A stretch of 64,000 nt of DNA from Haplodiscus bocki. Taxonomy: Eukaryota. Where the stretch lies: assembly GCA_965655095.1 (NCBI GenBank), contig OZ296656.1, forward strand, positions 43,896,001 through 43,960,000. The letters run 5' to 3'. The notes below the pieces were generated by a model. It had not been told where the DNA came from. It made no database searches and worked only from the letters and a program-made list of their open reading frames with translations. Every line of letters begins with the position of its first letter. Positions within the stretch are counted from its first letter, which is position 1. Shown one piece after another: positions 61,555 to 64,000 of the stretch. A program made the translations under genes and the position numbers.

Positions 61555-64000
61555 AATTTCAAGCTGTGGAGAAACTCAGACTTTAATGAGGTGATTGTTT
61601 TTTTGTTAGTATTCCGGAGAATTGTTCATAGTTGTACATTCGCTATCTTCCCACAATTGGGAAATTGAATTGCGCAAAATTGAATACTATTCTATGGGAA
61701 AATCGAAAATATATCAATTTTAGAAGAATTGCAGTAACTGTTTTGTGTTTGTTTGCTTGTTTAAAAAAGGCGCAAGAAAGTTCGCTGGAGCAGCCTGTGC
61801 TATACACCAAGAAAAAAAACGTAGAAGATGAAAGTCAAAATGGATGAGTAGCAAATTTTAAAAAATGATTGATGGTGAAATGAAAATGGAACAGAAATTT
61901 GGGATAATAAATATTTCAATCTCTCTGATCATGCAAGGTCACAGATTTGATGGAGAAGACATCAAGATGAATCAGCCAGTCTACAAGGGAATCCTGAATG
62001 GGTCTTTCCGCGTTACGAGCGGCGCATGCTATGAGCTCATTCCAAGCCAGTGTGTTTGGGCAAATGGGGTCTTGCAAGTGTAGTAAGTAGCCATAGTTCC
62101 ATCTGCAGACACAGACCTACTATTCATGAGATCAAAGCCAATTCGGGTTATACATTGCTATTGGTCTAAAAATAGTGAAAGGTCGCGGGTACTTTGTGTT
62201 TTTCTGCGGTTTTTTTTTCAAAAATGCAATTCTTAAATCAATTTTCTCGTGCGCAAAGGTTTGGCATCCAAAAAAAGAAGAAAAATGTGCCATATTGTTT
62301 CGAATTTGAAGAATCTGGTTGGAGGATTTTTTTCAAGTAATTTTCTCATAGTCAGCTTGAAGACTGAGAACGCCTGGGGAGCAAAGAGCAAGATTTTTTT
62401 CTTTCCACCATAGAGGTGATTAAAACATGGTTAAAAAAAGAATTGTTGAAAATACAGTTTTTCAGTTTTCCTGCCGTATATTCAGCTTCGGTATTGGTCG
62501 GTGATCCCAGCGGCTAGATCATCCGCAAAGACTCCCCTTTGAAGTGAGTCCTGAGCTGCTGCAATTAGAGCAGGCCATGCCGGTGACTGTGGATCAATTT
62601 CGAGCTTGTCATGGATCAGCCGGTAGTCAGGCGTACAATAGCGGATGATGAAGGAGACTTTTGGGTGCGGCCTGACGTAGTCGGGATCAACCGACACTAC
62701 GCAGGGGTCTCGATGTACTTGGCAGTGAAAATCGGGTGATGATATGCGCCAAAACAGGCGCCAAGTTCGGTTTCCGGGTAACAGAACAATTTCAAGATCA
62801 AGTTGGGCGCCGTGGCCCAAACGTCTCCTTTCAAATGAGGAGATCCAAAACCTGAATGTCTTGAAAAGCATACTTTTGCGCTGTTCTCCTCAACAACGAC
62901 CACTCGGCTGTCCGAGGATTCAAGTATACATCGTCAAAAATCAAATGCGACCGATCCCAGTAGCGAAATGTCACTGAGAGCGGAGCATCAAAAAAAGTGT
63001 TGACTATATCTTGTATTGTGACTGTTCCAAAAACGTCGCAGTGTGGTGATGGCAGCGGAAAGGCCCACAACAAGTTACTCATTGAGGATGGAGATGGTAA
63101 ATTCAAGAGTTTTGCTGTTACCGAGGCTCTACGTATCGAAAAGACATGGGTACTTCAATCTGTTTGTAGTAGAGCAAAAAAGTATAATTTATCAGGAGGT
63201 TGAGAAGCTGCTTGAGGCAAAGGTTGCTGAGACAAGAAGATCACGTCAATGTGGTTGTGCAATTTGGGTTGAGAAAAACCGATTATAGGTGTCCGAAGCT
63301 GCTGTTATATTCTGACGAAGCTTGTAATCAGGAAAGAGTCATGATGATTAGAGTGCAGCACCTGTCAATACACAAGACAGTGAAGAAAAGGCTGCCCTTT
63401 GTGGCTGCTCGACTGTGATAAGCCAGTCAGCAACGTTTTTCAACTCCTCCGTATCCGCGTATTGACGGGCGAAATCAATTAAAGCTCTCCAATCAAATAT
63501 GTGCGGTAGAACATCGAATTCATCAAATACCAGCACTTGATGGTTCCACCGCTGCGTGTAAAGCCGAAGCCAAGGAGGATTAAGTCCACGATATTCAATT
63601 CTTCATTTAGTGATTTTTTGGAAAATCTCGCACGTTAAAGTACGATGCTGACAACCCCAAAAAAAAGAATGTTCTTGGTCGTCGTTCCTTGTGATCGATT
63701 TGTTTTCAACTGATTTGTGAAACTTCGGAAGTTCGATTTTGAAGTGCTTACTGATAAGACAAGATTGACACCTGGCACTTCAACTTGATCTGATTACTTT
63801 AATTTCATCGGTCAGACTGAATGTCGCCAAAAGTCTGATAAGACTAATTAGCAAATAGGTTATCAGTTGTGGCAGTTCTCAATGTGGTGTTTCACGATCG
63901 TTTCTGTCTTTCGTATGAAAGTAATCGAGCTTCCCTTTCAGAGCAAAATTTGGAGCTTTACTCCTTTAGCGAATGTGTCTTTGTGTTTCCTCATCTGAAT

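Larger units (their letters stand above)
54914..64000 (-). mobile_element. 3' portion of a large env-bearing LTR retroelement (probably Ty3/Gypsy) with accessory genes; gag-pol and 5' LTR not in window
   Basis: Minus strand: env-like gene, then PPT GAGAGAAAGGAGGGTAG (55350-55334) directly followed by TGTAACA. Extension beyond ~58.1 kb is inferred from the absence of an obvious boundary and from similar decay. Confidence 0.6.

Overview
AT-rich invertebrate animal genomic DNA (spliceosomal introns, two assembly gaps); the species cannot be determined from the window. There is one apparently intact host gene: a + strand ionotropic glutamate receptor subunit with delta(GluD)-like signatures. It has at least 16 coding exons from 9872 to 40421 (about 920 aa recovered; the N-terminal exon(s) are unresolved). 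Its introns hold two Ty1/Copia elements, a hAT transposon with a nested LTR fragment, a MULE/FLYWCH element with a perfect 9-bp TSD, and several Tc1-like/foldback MITEs. To the left (1-8267) is a decayed Polinton/Maverick arm: pPolB N-terminus, integrase tail, minor capsid, small core-like protein, major capsid, adenain-like protease, terminal repeat. To the right are LINE debris, a second Polinton protease fragment and a 2-kb TIR-polB-TIR mini-Polinton. From about 54.9 kb to the window end lies the 3' part of a large minus-strand LTR element (LTR + PPT). It carries a decayed class I fusion (env/F-like) gene followed by opposite-strand JmjC-like dioxygenase remnants that may contain introns. 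This env + JmjC element is the most novel-looking system here. All domain calls come from motif recognition by eye; no database search was run.
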